Assembly (NCBI GenBank): GCA_002269645.1
Contig: NIVC01000032.1
Coordinates: 1,240,001-1,304,000, forward strand
DNA from: Macrostomum lignano
Taxonomy: Eukaryota
Direction of reading: 5' to 3'
Length of the DNA: 64,000 bases
Both the position numbers and the translations under genes were made by a program. Below the pieces are notes generated by a model, which searched no databases, was not told the origin of the DNA, and saw only the letters and a list, made by a program, of their open reading frames with translations. Below are positions 61,940 to 64,000 of this stretch, one piece after another. The stretch's first letter is position 1; each line of letters starts with the position of its first letter.

Positions 61940-63119
61940 ATCTCAATTGTTGCTTTGCACCGCTGACTCAACAATGTACATTGTCAGACTTGTTAGAGTA
62001 GCTAAAAGAAAATTTTGTAAGTCTGATTAAGTTAAGATCGGCTTGAATATGTGTAATTTTTTATCAAAACTTTGTTTCTGATTGCGTTCATAGATCAGTA
62101 AAGGTGTCGTGAATGCGCCCGCACTCGTACTACTCCGCCTAGCCACCATATGCTGCTCCATCGCTTAATCGCACTGTACTGTTGTCGGCCCAACTCAACC
62201 ACACAGCGCTGTTCTGGCTACATGGTTACCCCCTTGCGCTTCTCTCGACGTCGGCCCTGAGCGTTTTGCAATCCACCCAATCGCGCAAACTTAGCCTTTC
62301 CGTGCATGCTCGGCTGAAGCTTTTATGTACTTATTTATTTCCTAATTTCTCAACCCTTTTTACGCCTGCTGCAAGTGCAGTCTTTGGTTGTGCTGACGGC
62401 CACCTTTTCTACCACATCTTGCGTGTGATTGGCTGCCCCAGGTTGAGCCGTGATCGATCTGTCTGTCCTTTTGTTATCTCGCTCTGTTTGATTGGCTGGG
62501 CCGTTTTTTGGCAACCTAAGTTTAAGTTTTCTACCCCCCTACTCTGTCTCTCCTCCTCTCTTGTCTCCCGCTCGCCGCTACCCCAAGTTGACTTGTCTAT
62601 CTTTTATTGGGTTTGACTGGCTTACAACCTAGCTGGGATTCAGCAATAGGATCTGTACACGAGCCGGGATTAGCGTGGACTAGCAATCAGTGCCCCCCGC
62701 TGGGGAGCCAAGAAAAACGACAAAAGGCTTTGATCTATTTAAAACTTAATGTAACAACTCACTATTAGTAGCTACATTTAGTCCGTTAAATTATCATGGA
62801 ATCTGTTAATACCCAGTCGATACTACTGCAAGTGGCTTGTCTAGAGCACAAATACTAAAATAACTAGTTATTCTAGTATCTGTGGTCTCGAGTAGATTCT
62901 TCAAAGTTAACCTACAGATATGACGGTTCACACTAAATTCCTAGGCTCCTTCTTTTCTAGTGGAACGATAGTCTATGGCCAAACCTCACTAAAAAACGAA
63001 GCCTGAGAACTCAAATTTTGCATTAACTTTTTGAACGTTAGAACGTATTGCTATTTAAACAAGTACAAAAGGAGACTTCTTGCGTAAATATATTTAAACT
63101 TGTGATCGAAAAGAATCTA

Positions 63120-63771
63120 CACTCAGCAACATTTAAAACGCAACACTCTAACTAGAAGAAAAATCAACTCACTCAGAAGAGTCAAAGCGCATAGTCTATG
63201 GTTCAAATCGAGCTTCAGAAACGCGTGTAGCTTCCTCTCGCAAGTAACAGGGCGTTGACTCGACGTGGCATTCCCAGAACAAGGCGTCGAAAAAAGTCCT
63301 GGGGAATTTCCTGCCACGCGTTAGCAACAGCGTTTCGCAGTTCAGCGACTGTCTGCGGCGGATTCTGCCGTTGAACACTCCGCTTGATAAAGTCCCAGAC
63401 ATGTTCAATTGGGTTCATATCAGGGGATCTTGAAGGCCATCGAAGAGTACGCAGGTGCAGCTGGTCCTTGAGTTCGCTGACAGCTGCTGCCCGGTGCGCC
63501 GGTGCATTGGTTCGCAACTGTTCGAAGAATACAACCTGCTTCCAACATTCCGACTGCTCGCCATCTTTCCGCGTCTGTCATCTGTTGAACCATTCTCTCA
63601 GCTGGATCACTCTATCTGAAAACAGTCCATAGTCATCGCCCTGTTACTTGCGAGAGGAAGCTACACGCGTTTCTGAAGCTCGATTTGAACCATAGACTAT
63701 GCGCTTTGACTCTTCTGAGTGAGTTGATTTTTCTTCTAGTTAGAGTGTTGCGTTTTAAATGTTGCTGAGTG
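63120..63771 (-). mobile_element. Non-autonomous Tc1/mariner deletion derivative, 652 bp, with perfect 135-bp TIRs and TA on both sides
   Basis: 63120-63254 is the exact reverse complement of 63637-63771, with TA at 63118-63119 and 63772-63773. The minus strand carries an N-terminal MTDAERWRAVGMLEAG fused to the C-terminal NAPAH...WPSRSPDMNPIEHVWD...MPRRVNA typical of Tc1 transposases. Confidence 0.93.
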
Positions 63772-64000
63772 TATGTTAATTCATGGTAGTCACTCTCCTT
63801 GTTTAAGCTAAAAAAATTAAACTTATCCTCAGCAACATTGAAAAGTCGCCACCCCCTTTGCCCCCCAGTTAGCAGACAGTGTCTTTCGACCAGCGTCTAT
63901 CACCTGGCCAACCATTTTGATATTAAAAAATGCTTGAAAAAACAATGAAAACCGGGCGGATGCTTCAATCCATCCAATCTTCGCCCTTGGCTCTTTCCAA

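Overview
Repeat-rich animal genomic DNA with spliceosomal GT-AG introns. The GC-rich exons and introns filled with unique minisatellites resemble the free-living flatworm Macrostomum, but the species is my inference, not something shown by the sequence. Four + strand protein-coding genes can be rebuilt by hand with consistent exon phases: (1) the last three exons of L-fucose kinase (FCSK, 226-3875); (2) a complete but unusually divergent F-actin capping protein beta (CAPZB-like, 11373-14357, 301 aa); (3) a copine (C2A-C2B-vWA, at least 18 exons, 33024-58239) with a degenerate C2A, a 24-nt microexon in C2B and probably a low-complexity N-terminal extension starting near 22738; (4) a 368-aa protein made only of three filamin Ig repeats (60441-61939). 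Mobile DNA: four copies of one tRNA-derived SINE, one copy of a second SINE, an internally deleted Ty3/gypsy remnant, a 652-bp Tc1 derivative with perfect 135-bp TIRs, and a ~470-bp foldback element inside a cluster of CCATAGAC motifs. About 30 tandem arrays are present. Many carry splice-site motifs in every unit, and several pairs lie in inverted orientation around exons. No rRNA, true tRNA or CRISPR array was found. Repeat boundaries are approximate (about +/-20 bp). All alignments to known proteins were made by eye from memory.
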